From assembly GCA_034678345.1 (NCBI GenBank), contig JAXDBZ010000083.1:1-38405 (forward strand): a stretch of 38,405 nucleotides of DNA. The letters are read 5' to 3'. The position numbers and the translations under genes were made by a program. Shown here one piece after another: positions 1 through 8,618 of the stretch. Each line of letters opens with the position of its first letter. Position 1 is the first letter of the stretch. Under the pieces are notes generated by a model. That model saw only the letters and a list, made by a program, of their open reading frames with translations, was not told the DNA's origin and made no database searches. The DNA is from Candidatus Eiseniibacteriota bacterium. Lineage in GTDB: Bacteria; Eisenbacteria; RBG-16-71-46.

Positions 1-80
1 GCCCCGGGCCGGGGGGGCCCCCCGCTTCGTCTGCGTCCCCCGTGAGTCCGAATGGAGACCCGCCGGGCCACTGTCTTCCG

Positions 81-109
81 TTGGAATCATGTCGGGCCGG
101 CTCTAGACT
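81..109 (+). promoter_or_regulatory. Putative sigma70 promoter for the 288..974 gene
   Basis: TTGGAA (81-86), 17-nt spacer, TAGACT (104-109). Confidence 0.45.
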
Positions 110-287
110 TGCAGCATCAACTATCCACGGAGACCGGCCGTCCCCAGCGCCTTCCGCGCCAGCGTGCCTTCCTCTCGGTGCCAACGTCCATCGAGTTGAG
201 GGAGGTGGTCCCCGACCCCATCGCCACGCTGCTCTTCGACCCTCCGCAGTTATCCTCGTCACCGCCTCGGATACGGAGGAGGTCCTG

Positions 288-974
288 ATGAAGCCGCTTC
301 GCTTGCTCGCTGTGCTTGTCGTCCTCGCCGGGGTCACCGCGCTCGCCGCGGCGACCGGCCACGCGCAGATCGTGTCGTCCCCGGAGCCGCCCGCCCGCGC
401 CGTGCAGTGGAGCGAGGTCGCGCTCGAGCCGTCGGCGGTCTGCCCCGCGATCTACGACAACGTGCTGCACTTCGCGACGGCGGGATATGGCTACTACACG
501 ACGCCCGGCAGGGTGATTGCCGATGACCTGCACATGATCTCGCCGGGACATCTCTGTGGCATCGACCTCGGATACGCCAAGCTCACTGCGGGTACCACGA
601 GCGCGACCATCAGGTTCTACGCCAACGACCCGGCGGACGGCGGCCCGCCGAGCCTGCTGCTGGCGGGCCCGTATGTCGTGAACGACCTCGCCTCGGGATC
701 GCACATCGTCCATGTGGATCTGGAGCCGGGCGTGGGGCCGCCGGACCTGCCGCAGGACATCTGGCTGGGCATCTCCTTCAGCACGACCAACACAGGTTGG
801 CTCTTCGCGGATCCCCCCGACCTGGGGACCAGCCACGACCTGGGCTACGCCGGGACGATCCTCATGACTACACAGCTCTACCCCCGCAACTACTGTGCGG
901 CCGTGTACGCCAGCGACCTCATCGTCCCGACCAGCGGTCCCACCTGGGGACGGATCAAACAGATGTACCGGTGA
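288..974 (+). CDS. Secreted hypothetical protein with C-terminal TWGxIKxxYR motif (228 aa)
   Basis: ATG at 288 follows GGAGGAGG. N-terminal signal peptide MKPLRLLAVLVVLAGVTALAAATGHA. Ends PTSGPTWGRIKQMYR. The ORF-track start at 42 is too far upstream. Confidence 0.85.
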   Translation: MKPLRLLAVLVVLAGVTALAAATGHAQIVSSPEPPARAVQWSEVALEPSAVCPAIYDNVLHFATAGYGYYTTPGRVIADDLHMISPGHLCGIDLGYAKLTAGTTSATIRFYANDPADGGPPSLLLAGPYVVNDLASGSHIVHVDLEPGVGPPDLPQDIWLGISFSTTNTGWLFADPPDLGTSHDLGYAGTILMTTQLYPRNYCAAVYASDLIVPTSGPTWGRIKQMYR

Positions 975-991
975 ACTCGACACGAGAACGC

Positions 992-1029
992 GCGGGCGCC
1001 CGGTCCTTCGACCGGGCTCCCGCTTCGTC
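992..1029. terminator. Hairpin between convergent genes, probably a bidirectional terminator
   Basis: GCGGGcGCCCGGTC-cttc-GACCGGGCtCCCGC followed by TTCGTC. Confidence 0.7.
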
Positions 1030-1040
1030 CGCGCTTCGGG

Positions 1041-4000
1041 TCAGTCGAGCTTGACGAGCCGCCGCGAGGCGACGACGCCGTCGGCGGCAAGCCGGACGAA
1101 GTAGATGCCCGGCGGGCCGCCTGCCCTCCATTCGACCCCGTGCCTTCCCGCGGCCAGCCGCCCGGACGCCAGTGTCGCGACGCGAGCCCCGTGCAGGTCG
1201 TACACGTCGAGCGACACGTCGGTCTCGCGTGCCAGGTCGAAGACCACGCGCGTGCCACTGCGGAAGGGATTGGGCCAGGCGCCGGCCAGCGCCGTGCGCG
1301 CCGGAGTGTCGCCGGGCACGTCCACCAGCGATGGCCGCACCTCGAGCGTGTACGTGCCGCCGATGGGCAGATCGGCCGCGGTGTTCTTCCAGGCGGCCAC
1401 CACGTAGTAGCCGGCCGAGTCCGCCGTGATCAGCACGCTCTCCCCTTCGCCGAACCCACCCTCCCAGGAGATCCCGCCGTCCATAGCCGAGTTCTTGGTG
1501 TGGTAGGCGAGACCGCCGTCGTGGACGCTCAGGCCCCAGTCCAGTGAGCCGCGCGGGTCGGCGAGGGTCACCTGCCAGTTGCCGGGCCCCAGCTGGAACT
1601 CGTGCAGTTGCACGATGGTGCCGGGAGCCAGCGTGTAGGGTCCGTAGATGCCGTCGGGCGCGACGACGCAGGGCAGGGACGTCGCCACCTGCGCGGTGTA
1701 GGGTTGCGTGCCGTCGCCGGCGCGCAGCAGGCCCATGTCGAGGTCGCGGGGCGGCGTGCGGTGGAAGTTCACGAGGCAGTAGTCGGACTGGCCCGGCCCC
1801 CACGTCGAGCGCACCAGCGAGCTGCGGAAGCCGGTCAGCGTGCCGCTCGCGACCTCGTGCAGGCGGACGTCCACGTCGGAGGTGTCGCCGGGCATCACGG
1901 CGCAGGCGCCCCAGTCGCCGGTGGGCGGGCTGGTCATGGCGCGCGCGCGCAGTCCGTCGCAGTCGTACCAGATGCCATAGGGCGCGTCGGCGATCTCCTC
2001 CCAGGCCCCGGTTGGGTCCGGCGGGGCCGCGCGCGTCACCGGCGCCGCGGGGGTCAGGAGCGCCGGGCCCCAGACCCACTGCTTGCCCCACTTGTTGTTC
2101 GCCTCGTCGCGCTCCTCGATCTCCTCGTCCGAGTCCACGAGCAGGCTCAGGGTGTGGCGCCCGCCAGGCACGGTGCGCGCGACGACGCCGTTGTAGCAGG
2201 TCGTGGCGTACGGGTCGGGCGCCGCGATGAAGCTGCCCCACTTCTGGACGCCGTCCAGGTACATCCGCACGTAGGGACTGGAGGGCTGGTCTCCGGGGCT
2301 GTCGTTCCACACGCCGAAGTTGAGATAGGTGGAGGCGATGTCGCCGTAGAGGGTATCGGGCATGGGCACGCCGCCGCAGGTTCCGTCGTTCGCGGGGCGG
2401 GGCACGAAGGCCTTGTACCAGCCGGTGGTGGCGTGCGGCTCGTAGTCGGGCGGGGTGTGGTCGAACTCCAGCACCACGGTGGCCGGATCGCCTCCGTCCT
2501 TGAAGTCGCGGTACAGGGCGATGCCGTAGTGGCCGTTGCGCGTCACCTCGATGTCGATCCGCGCCGGGTGTTGCGTGTCGGTCGCGGTGGCGGTCGCCGT
2601 CGCGTCGAGCAGGGCCACCGCCTGCAGGTCGGAGTCGAACCAGGCGAGGTGGAACGGGCCGGTGCCCGAGACGATGCGCAGCGTGAGCGAGTACCAGCCG
2701 ACGTCGGCGGAGAGGATCTCCGCCTCCCGCAGCCGCATCATCTCGTTCGTGCTGAAGCTCATCGTGAGGGAGTCGCCGGCGGCGATGTCGGTGGCGGCGA
2801 GCAGGCGGGCGTAGTAGTCGGCCGAACCACCCGAGGCGTTGACGACCCCGACGTCCCAGGAGGGCACGGCCGACGTGTTGAGCCACTCGTAGACTACCGC
2901 GTCGGTGCAGCCGGCGGGCCGTGACGAGTAGGCGCGGTAGGCGGCGAAGCCGGTGTCGGGGCTGGCGGTGGGGACGTGGATTCGGCAGTCGTAGTCCACC
3001 GCGTTGTCGTTGGCGCGGATGTAGAGGGCGCGCCAGTAGACGGAGCCCGAGGCGTTCGTCACGCGCAGGCCGTCCACGTTGTAGTAGCGCGGCGTCGGGA
3101 GCGGGATGTCCTCCCAGCCGCCGGTCCGGTCGGGCGGTGCCGCGCGCGTGGCGCTGGAGGTGATCGTGTACGGGGCCCAGATCCACTGGCGCCCGTACGC
3201 GTTGTCGTTCTCGACCGTCTCGGCGATCGCCTCGTCGTCGTCGAGACGCATGCCGAGCGTGTGGCGGCCGGCGGGCACGGTGAGCGGGCCCTGGTTGAGG
3301 CGCGCCGCACTGCCACCAGCGGCCGTGGTCCCGGAGGCGGAGGTGTCCGCCACGGCCCCGTCGAGGACCACGCGCATCATCCAGCCCGCGCCGGTGGACG
3401 ACTCGCCGTCGTTCCGGCCGCAGCCGTTCCAGTAGGTGCTGGCCGTGCCCGAAGGCAGCGGCTCCGTCGGCGCGGTCACGAGCTGGAACTTGGCGTCGCC
3501 CGTGGCCCGCGGCACCAGCGCGTCGGCCCAGCCCGGGAAGGTGTAGGGCAGCAGGTTGGCGGGCAGGGCCTCGCGGATGACCAACGTTCCCCAGGTCGCG
3601 TAGGGACCCCAGTGCCCCGCGCGGTCCATTGCCCGCAGGGTGACCCAGTACGTGCCGGGCGCGAGCGGTTCGGAGGTGTAGGTCGTGACGTTGCCGATGT
3701 CCTGGATCTCGTCGGGGGCCGCTGCCGTGGCGCCGATGCGGATGCTGTAGCCGATGACCCCCGAGAAGTCGTCGTCCGGGCGGGTCCAGGTGAACGTGGG
3801 CGTGGCGTCGGGCGACTGGACACCGGCGGTGTGGCTGGTCGAGTGCAGGCTCCCCGGCGCGGGCGGCGCCGAGGCGTCGAGGTCGATGCGGTTGTTGGCC
3901 AGCGTCCGCCAGAGTTCCTCCTTCCGGTCCAGGTGATGCGCCAGGAAGGCGTAGATGAAGTCATGCAGCGTCGTGGGCAGGGAGGTGAAGATCGCATCGA

Positions 4001-5528
4001 GCACCGCCTCGCCGCCGAGCGCCAGGGCGTCCTCGCCGTTGGCCAGGCGCTTGTAGTCCTGCTCGTTCGCGGCATCGGCGATGTCGGTCATCACGGCCGC
4101 GGCGTGTCCCTCGTCCACGAACGGGTCCGAGTAGTAAGCGAAGTCGATCTGCCAGCAGGCGCGGATGTCCTCGAAGTCCCCCCGATGGAGCGCGGCCAGC
4201 CCGTAGTCCGCCTCGTACGATGACGGCAGCAGCCAACCGAGGAAGTCGGAGAAGCCCTCGTTCCAGGCGGTGGTGGCGTTCTCGGGGCACCACACGCAGT
4301 GACTGCAGTCCGTCGGCGGGTCGGGGTCGCAGACGATGGGAAAGTTGCAGTAGAAGACCGAGACGTAGTTGAGGCTGGAGTAGTTCACGTGGTGCCCATA
4401 CTCGTGGGCGTGTGTCTCCTCCATCCAGGCCGCGGGCTCGGTGATGGCGATGGATTGCTCGTCGGCGCTGAAGTGGGAGGCGTTGTCGTGCGTGCACGGA
4501 TAGAACAACTGCAGGGGCGGCAGATCGAGGTCGCGGTGGATGTAGAACCACCGCCAGTTGCGCATCATGTCGGTGAAGACGTTGAGCGCCGGGAAGTCGG
4601 CCTCGTTGGCGGAGGTGAGCGTGCCGAGGTCGAGCTGCGTGCCGGTGAAGTTCCAGCGGGGCCCGTTCATCCAGAAGTAGGGCACGGGGTAGCTGTCGGG
4701 GGTGAGGGTGAACTTCGAGTTGGAGGCGACGAAGAGCACCACCAGGTCGGGATCCGCCTCCGCCACCCCATCCCAGTAGATGTAGAAGTCGAAGTCGCCG
4801 GACGCGTCGGTCATGCCTTGGCCCAGCTTCATGTCGCGCCCGGTGGGGCCGTAGACGCGGTCCCAGACCTCGACGGTGAGACCGTCCGCTCCCATCCAGT
4901 AGTAGGGATCGGTGTCCAGGATGCGGTCGTCCCGCTTGTAGACGAACGTTCCGGTCACGCGGATCACGCGACCGGCCGAGGGGAGCGCGGGTGCCTGTGC
5001 CTCGAGCCGCGGCACCGCGGCGCCAATGGGCCCGTCGAAGTCGAGCCCGCGCGGTTCGGCCCGGCGCTCCATCGCAGCGGCGGTCGCGCGCGGGGGGCCA
5101 GGCGGCGCGGCCAGGGCCTGCGTGCCGCGACCCCCGCGGCCCAGCTGGTCCGTGGCGGGGGAGAAGTCGAACGTCCTGCGGTAGCTGCGGCCATTCGATT
5201 CGTAGCGCACCACCAGCGGGCGTGACGCGTCCGCGGGCGTGGCCTCGAACTCGATGCGCTCGGACTGACCCGGCGCCATGATCACGCGCGGGGCGCGGGA
5301 CGAGATCGGTCGGCCGGTCCAGCCCTCGCCCTCGATGGTGAGGTTCTCGATCTCGGCACCTCGGGGCGAACTCAGTTCCAGGGTGATGCGCAGAGGTTGA
5401 CCGGGCCGGGCGACGGGTGACGCCCCCACGAGCTTCAGCGCGACGGGATCCTCGCGGACGGTCGCGCCGGCCGGCGTGACGAAGAGGCCCAGCGCCAGGG
5501 CGCCGAGCAGCATGAGGCGATGCCGCAT
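1041..5528 (-). CDS. Large secreted putative zinc metallopeptidase (gluzincin-like) with FN3-like and CARDB-like repeats and a C-terminal FlgD-Ig/T9SS-type domain (1495 aa)
   Basis: Signal peptide; RBS AAGGAG; AHEYGH (HExxH) plus downstream NEGFSDF; FN3-like segment; two CARDB-like segments (GRHTL..LD.DE.I.E..E.[DN]N); C-terminal WPNPF...VYDLHG..VATL...PGIYFVRL. Confidence 0.85.
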   Translation of the reverse strand: MRHRLMLLGALALGLFVTPAGATVREDPVALKLVGASPVARPGQPLRITLELSSPRGAEIENLTIEGEGWTGRPISSRAPRVIMAPGQSERIEFEATPADASRPLVVRYESNGRSYRRTFDFSPATDQLGRGGRGTQALAAPPGPPRATAAAMERRAEPRGLDFDGPIGAAVPRLEAQAPALPSAGRVIRVTGTFVYKRDDRILDTDPYYWMGADGLTVEVWDRVYGPTGRDMKLGQGMTDASGDFDFYIYWDGVAEADPDLVVLFVASNSKFTLTPDSYPVPYFWMNGPRWNFTGTQLDLGTLTSANEADFPALNVFTDMMRNWRWFYIHRDLDLPPLQLFYPCTHDNASHFSADEQSIAITEPAAWMEETHAHEYGHHVNYSSLNYVSVFYCNFPIVCDPDPPTDCSHCVWCPENATTAWNEGFSDFLGWLLPSSYEADYGLAALHRGDFEDIRACWQIDFAYYSDPFVDEGHAAAVMTDIADAANEQDYKRLANGEDALALGGEAVLDAIFTSLPTTLHDFIYAFLAHHLDRKEELWRTLANNRIDLDASAPPAPGSLHSTSHTAGVQSPDATPTFTWTRPDDDFSGVIGYSIRIGATAAAPDEIQDIGNVTTYTSEPLAPGTYWVTLRAMDRAGHWGPYATWGTLVIREALPANLLPYTFPGWADALVPRATGDAKFQLVTAPTEPLPSGTASTYWNGCGRNDGESSTGAGWMMRVVLDGAVADTSASGTTAAGGSAARLNQGPLTVPAGRHTLGMRLDDDEAIAETVENDNAYGRQWIWAPYTITSSATRAAPPDRTGGWEDIPLPTPRYYNVDGLRVTNASGSVYWRALYIRANDNAVDYDCRIHVPTASPDTGFAAYRAYSSRPAGCTDAVVYEWLNTSAVPSWDVGVVNASGGSADYYARLLAATDIAAGDSLTMSFSTNEMMRLREAEILSADVGWYSLTLRIVSGTGPFHLAWFDSDLQAVALLDATATATATDTQHPARIDIEVTRNGHYGIALYRDFKDGGDPATVVLEFDHTPPDYEPHATTGWYKAFVPRPANDGTCGGVPMPDTLYGDIASTYLNFGVWNDSPGDQPSSPYVRMYLDGVQKWGSFIAAPDPYATTCYNGVVARTVPGGRHTLSLLVDSDEEIEERDEANNKWGKQWVWGPALLTPAAPVTRAAPPDPTGAWEEIADAPYGIWYDCDGLRARAMTSPPTGDWGACAVMPGDTSDVDVRLHEVASGTLTGFRSSLVRSTWGPGQSDYCLVNFHRTPPRDLDMGLLRAGDGTQPYTAQVATSLPCVVAPDGIYGPYTLAPGTIVQLHEFQLGPGNWQVTLADPRGSLDWGLSVHDGGLAYHTKNSAMDGGISWEGGFGEGESVLITADSAGYYVVAAWKNTAADLPIGGTYTLEVRPSLVDVPGDTPARTALAGAWPNPFRSGTRVVFDLARETDVSLDVYDLHGARVATLASGRLAAGRHGVEWRAGGPPGIYFVRLAADGVVASRRLVKLD
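1335..3560 (-). repeat. Intragenic tandem duplication of about 370 aa (two copies) in the 1495-aa protein
   Basis: Both copies share GW..A.VPR..., ASTY.N...ND, GRHTL...D.DE.I.E, QW.W.P, TRAAPPD.TG.WE and Y..DGLR. Copy boundaries are approximately 3560-2455 and 2455-1335. Confidence 0.75.
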
Positions 5529-5552
5529 GGCATGCTCCTTTCGCGCCCGGTG

Positions 5553-5966
5553 CTAGCGGTTGTCCGTCGTGGACGTGGACGCGGGGCGTGCCGCGGGCGG
5601 CGACTCGAGCGTCTGCGCGGCGGTCTCGAGTTCGTCGGCGAACGCGGTGTGACCGGCCGCCCGCGCGTGCTTCGCCTGCGCGCGGATCAGCGCCACCTCG
5701 GTGGAGAGCTTGACGCGGGCGATCTCGCGCTGGACCTCGAGCGCGGCCGCGTGGCCGCGGGCAGCGGCGAGCCGCTGGTTCAGCGAGAGCAGCGAGGCAC
5801 GTTCGTCTTCGAGCAGCGCGCGCATCTCGGTCATGAGCGGGCCGAGCCTGCGGACCGGGTCGGGCTTCGCGTCGCTCGCGTCGGCGGCGCGGGCGGGGAC
5901 GAACGGCAGGGCAGCCAGGAGGAGCACGGCGGCCACCCACGGGAGGGGTATCCGGAGACGGGCCAT
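5553..5966 (-). CDS. Small secreted helical/coiled-coil hypothetical protein (137 aa)
   Basis: ATG at 5966 with GGAG upstream. Signal peptide MARLRIPLPWVAAVLLLAALPFVPARA. Lies 24 bp upstream of the metallopeptidase gene on the same strand. Confidence 0.75.
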   Translation of the reverse strand: MARLRIPLPWVAAVLLLAALPFVPARAADASDAKPDPVRRLGPLMTEMRALLEDERASLLSLNQRLAAARGHAAALEVQREIARVKLSTEVALIRAQAKHARAAGHTAFADELETAAQTLESPPAARPASTSTTDNR

Positions 5967-6039
5967 GGCGATCTCCACACGCGCGAGAAGCGGCTGGGAC
6001 ATCATGTGGAACAATATGAGCGTACGCCGCGGATGGACC

Positions 6040-6048
6040 TGGTACAAT
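6040..6048 (+). promoter_or_regulatory. Putative extended -10 promoter element
   Basis: TGgTACAAT in a relatively AT-rich divergent intergenic region. Confidence 0.45.
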
Positions 6049-6127
6049 GGATTCGTGGTCTGGCCGGCCGCGTCGGCCGGGCCCCTTCGGACGCGCAAGG
6101 TTGCCGAAGTCGGGGAGGGGGAGCCGG

Positions 6128-6322
6128 TTGCCGTACCAGCACCACACCCGCGGACACCGCACGTTCGACCAGTGGCTGGCCGACTGCTCCGAGTGGTGGG
6201 ACATGACCCGGGGTGAAGAGGCCTTCGACTACCCCTGGCTGCCCTGGCGCTCCTGGTACGACGAAGGGCTGACGGTCGAGGAGGCCGTCCAGCGGGCCAA
6301 CGCCAGGGTCTTCGGGGGCTGA
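6128..6322 (+). CDS. Small Trp-rich hypothetical protein (64 aa)
   Basis: TTG start after GGGGAGGGGG. Composition looks like a real protein (6 Trp, acidic), unlike the Arg/Pro-rich shadow ORFs. Fills an otherwise empty gap. Confidence 0.65.
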   Translation: MPYQHHTRGHRTFDQWLADCSEWWDMTRGEEAFDYPWLPWRSWYDEGLTVEEAVQRANARVFGG

Positions 6323-6350
6323 CTCCGGGGATCGGGCAGCCCGGCGCGCG

Positions 6351-6359
6351 TGCTACCAT
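6351..6359 (+). promoter_or_regulatory. Putative extended -10 promoter element
   Basis: TGcTACCAT about 25 bp upstream of ATG 6384. Confidence 0.45.
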
Positions 6360-6383
6360 CGAGCGGTCACCAGGAGGCCACCC

Positions 6384-8618
6384 ATGCGCGCCATGCCCCG
6401 GTTCCGCCGCTCCCTCGCGCCGCTCGCGGCGCTGGTCTGCCTCGTCCTGCCGGGGGTCGCGCGGGCCGATGCTCTCGCCGCCGCCCTCGCCGAGGCCCTG
6501 CGCCCGCTCGATCCGCTGGCGAGCAGCGGCGTGCTCTACGACCGCGTCCTGCCGCTCGCGCGCCTCGAGTCGCTCGACGGTACGGCGGCCGCGCCCGTCC
6601 TGGACCGCGCGCGCTGGCGGCAGGCGTACGACGAGCTGCGCCGGGCCTCGCTGCCGGCATCCCCGTGGCCGGACCTGGCCACGCTCGACGCGGGCGCGCG
6701 CGCCGCGCGGCGCGGGGGCGTGGTCCCGCTCGCGCTCCTCGACCGGGCCTTCGAGCGCCTGCGCCCGGAGGCTCTTTCCGACGGCTCGCTGCGCCTCGTG
6801 GACGGCCGCCTCGCGCCGGGACCCGTCTCTCCGCTGGTGCGCTCGCGGGCCGTGGCGCTGGCGGCGCTGGCGGAGCGGGGCTGGCGGGGTGGCGACGTGG
6901 TCTTCGCGCTCGACCGGGAGCGGTGCTTCTGCGACGGGGGGGGGCCGCGTGCGCTGGCCGTGGATTTCGCCGACGGCCTCGGGTTCCGGCCGGTCGCGCT
7001 GGGCGAGCGCGTCCGCGTGCGCTACGCGGCGACGGGCCCGCGCACCCTGACGGCGCGGATCGTCCGCGCGGACGGCACGACGGCCGAGGCGCGCTGCGCG
7101 TTCGACGTGGCGGCGCTGGCAGCACCCCTGCCCGACGACACCCTGCACGTGACGGCGAGCGTGCCCTTCGCGGGCGCCTACGGCACGGGCGATGCCTACA
7201 TCTACCTGGCGCCGGGCCGCACGCAGCTCGCGAACCCGGTCGTGGTCGTCGAGGGGTTCGACCTCGACAACTCGATGGGCTGGGACGAACTCTACGCCCT
7301 GCTGAACCAGGAGGGCCTGATCGAGACGCTGCGCGCCGACGGCTTCGATGCCGTGGTTTTGGACTTCGCGGACGCGACGGTCCCGGTGGAGGAGAACGCC
7401 CTGGTGGTGGCCGAGCTCGTCCAGCAGGTGCAGGCACAGGTGGCACCCGCCGCGACGCTGGCGCTCATCGGCGCGAGCATGGGCGGGCTGTGCACCCGCT
7501 ACGCGCTGCTCTGGCTCGAGTCCCAGGGTCTGCCGCACCGCGTGCGCACCTGGATTTCCTTCGACGGGCCGCAGTCGGGGGCCGACATCCCGCTCGGCCT
7601 GCAGTACTGGATCTCCTTCTTCGCCGACCAATCGGTCTCGGCCGCTGACTTCCTGGCCACGCTCGAGCGCCCGGCCGCGCGCCAGCTGCTGCTCTACCAC
7701 TTCACCGACCCGGCGGGGACGACCGGACAGGCCGACCCGCTGCGCGACTCCCTGCAGGCGCACCTCGCCGCGCTGGGCGGCTGGCCGGAGCAGCCGCGGC
7801 GCGTGGCCATCGCCAACGGCAGCGGGACCGGCCAGGACCAGGGCTTTGCGCCGGCGGCGCAGCTGATCCGGTACGAGTACAGCTCGCTCCTCGTGGCGCT
7901 CACCGGCAACGTCTGGGCGCTCCCCGACCAGACGACCGGCACGATCTTCCAGGGCAGCATCCGCATCCTGCTTTCGACCACCTCGCAGACCGTGACGGTG
8001 AGCGGCACGCTCCCCTGGGACGGTGCGCCGGGCGGCCTGCGGGCTTCGATGACGCAGCTCGACACGACGGCGGCCCCCTACGGCGACATCGTGGCGCTGC
8101 ATCCGTCACACTGCTTCATCCCCACGATCAGCGCGCTCGCCCTCGACACGAGCGACCCGTTCTTCGACATCGCCAGTGCTCCCGACCTGCTGGCGCTGAC
8201 ACCCTTCGACGCCGTGTACTGGCCGACGGCGAACGAGGAGCACGTTTCGATCACGCCCGCGAGCGCGGAGTGGATCCGGACGGAGATCGAGCAGGGGGTG
8301 GTGGGTGTGCCGGGCGAGGTCGCGGCCTCGGGCCTGAGCCTGTCGGCCGCGCCGAACCCCTGCTCGGGCGTGGTGCGGCTCGCGTTCACGCTGCCTCGGA
8401 CCGGACCGGTGCGCCTGGGCCTGTTCGACCTCGCGGGTCGCGAGGTGCGTGCGCTGGCGCGCGGGGAGCGCGCGGCGGGCGAGCACGCGCTCGCGTGGGA
8501 CGGGCGCGACGACCGGGGCGCGCCGGTGGGACCCGGCGTCTACTTCCTGCGGCTCGACGCGAGCGGCACGGTCCTGACGCGGAGGCTCGTCCGGCTCGAC
8601 CGGTCCGCGGCGCGATGA
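6384..8618 (+). CDS. Secreted alpha/beta-hydrolase (GxSxG lipase/esterase-like) with C-terminal FlgD-Ig/T9SS-type domain (744 aa)
   Basis: RBS AGGAGG; signal peptide; VVVVEGFD oxyanion region; nucleophile elbow IGASMGG; C-terminal APNP...LFDLAGREVR...WDGRDDRG...PGVYFLRL. Confidence 0.85.
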   Translation: MRAMPRFRRSLAPLAALVCLVLPGVARADALAAALAEALRPLDPLASSGVLYDRVLPLARLESLDGTAAAPVLDRARWRQAYDELRRASLPASPWPDLATLDAGARAARRGGVVPLALLDRAFERLRPEALSDGSLRLVDGRLAPGPVSPLVRSRAVALAALAERGWRGGDVVFALDRERCFCDGGGPRALAVDFADGLGFRPVALGERVRVRYAATGPRTLTARIVRADGTTAEARCAFDVAALAAPLPDDTLHVTASVPFAGAYGTGDAYIYLAPGRTQLANPVVVVEGFDLDNSMGWDELYALLNQEGLIETLRADGFDAVVLDFADATVPVEENALVVAELVQQVQAQVAPAATLALIGASMGGLCTRYALLWLESQGLPHRVRTWISFDGPQSGADIPLGLQYWISFFADQSVSAADFLATLERPAARQLLLYHFTDPAGTTGQADPLRDSLQAHLAALGGWPEQPRRVAIANGSGTGQDQGFAPAAQLIRYEYSSLLVALTGNVWALPDQTTGTIFQGSIRILLSTTSQTVTVSGTLPWDGAPGGLRASMTQLDTTAAPYGDIVALHPSHCFIPTISALALDTSDPFFDIASAPDLLALTPFDAVYWPTANEEHVSITPASAEWIRTEIEQGVVGVPGEVAASGLSLSAAPNPCSGVVRLAFTLPRTGPVRLGLFDLAGREVRALARGERAAGEHALAWDGRDDRGAPVGPGVYFLRLDASGTVLTRRLVRLDRSAAR

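Noticed and set aside
5967-8102. 849-aa ORF 5553..8102 on the minus strand
   Set aside because: Only the last 137 aa (from ATG 5966, with RBS and signal peptide) are credible. The rest is antisense to the hydrolase gene.
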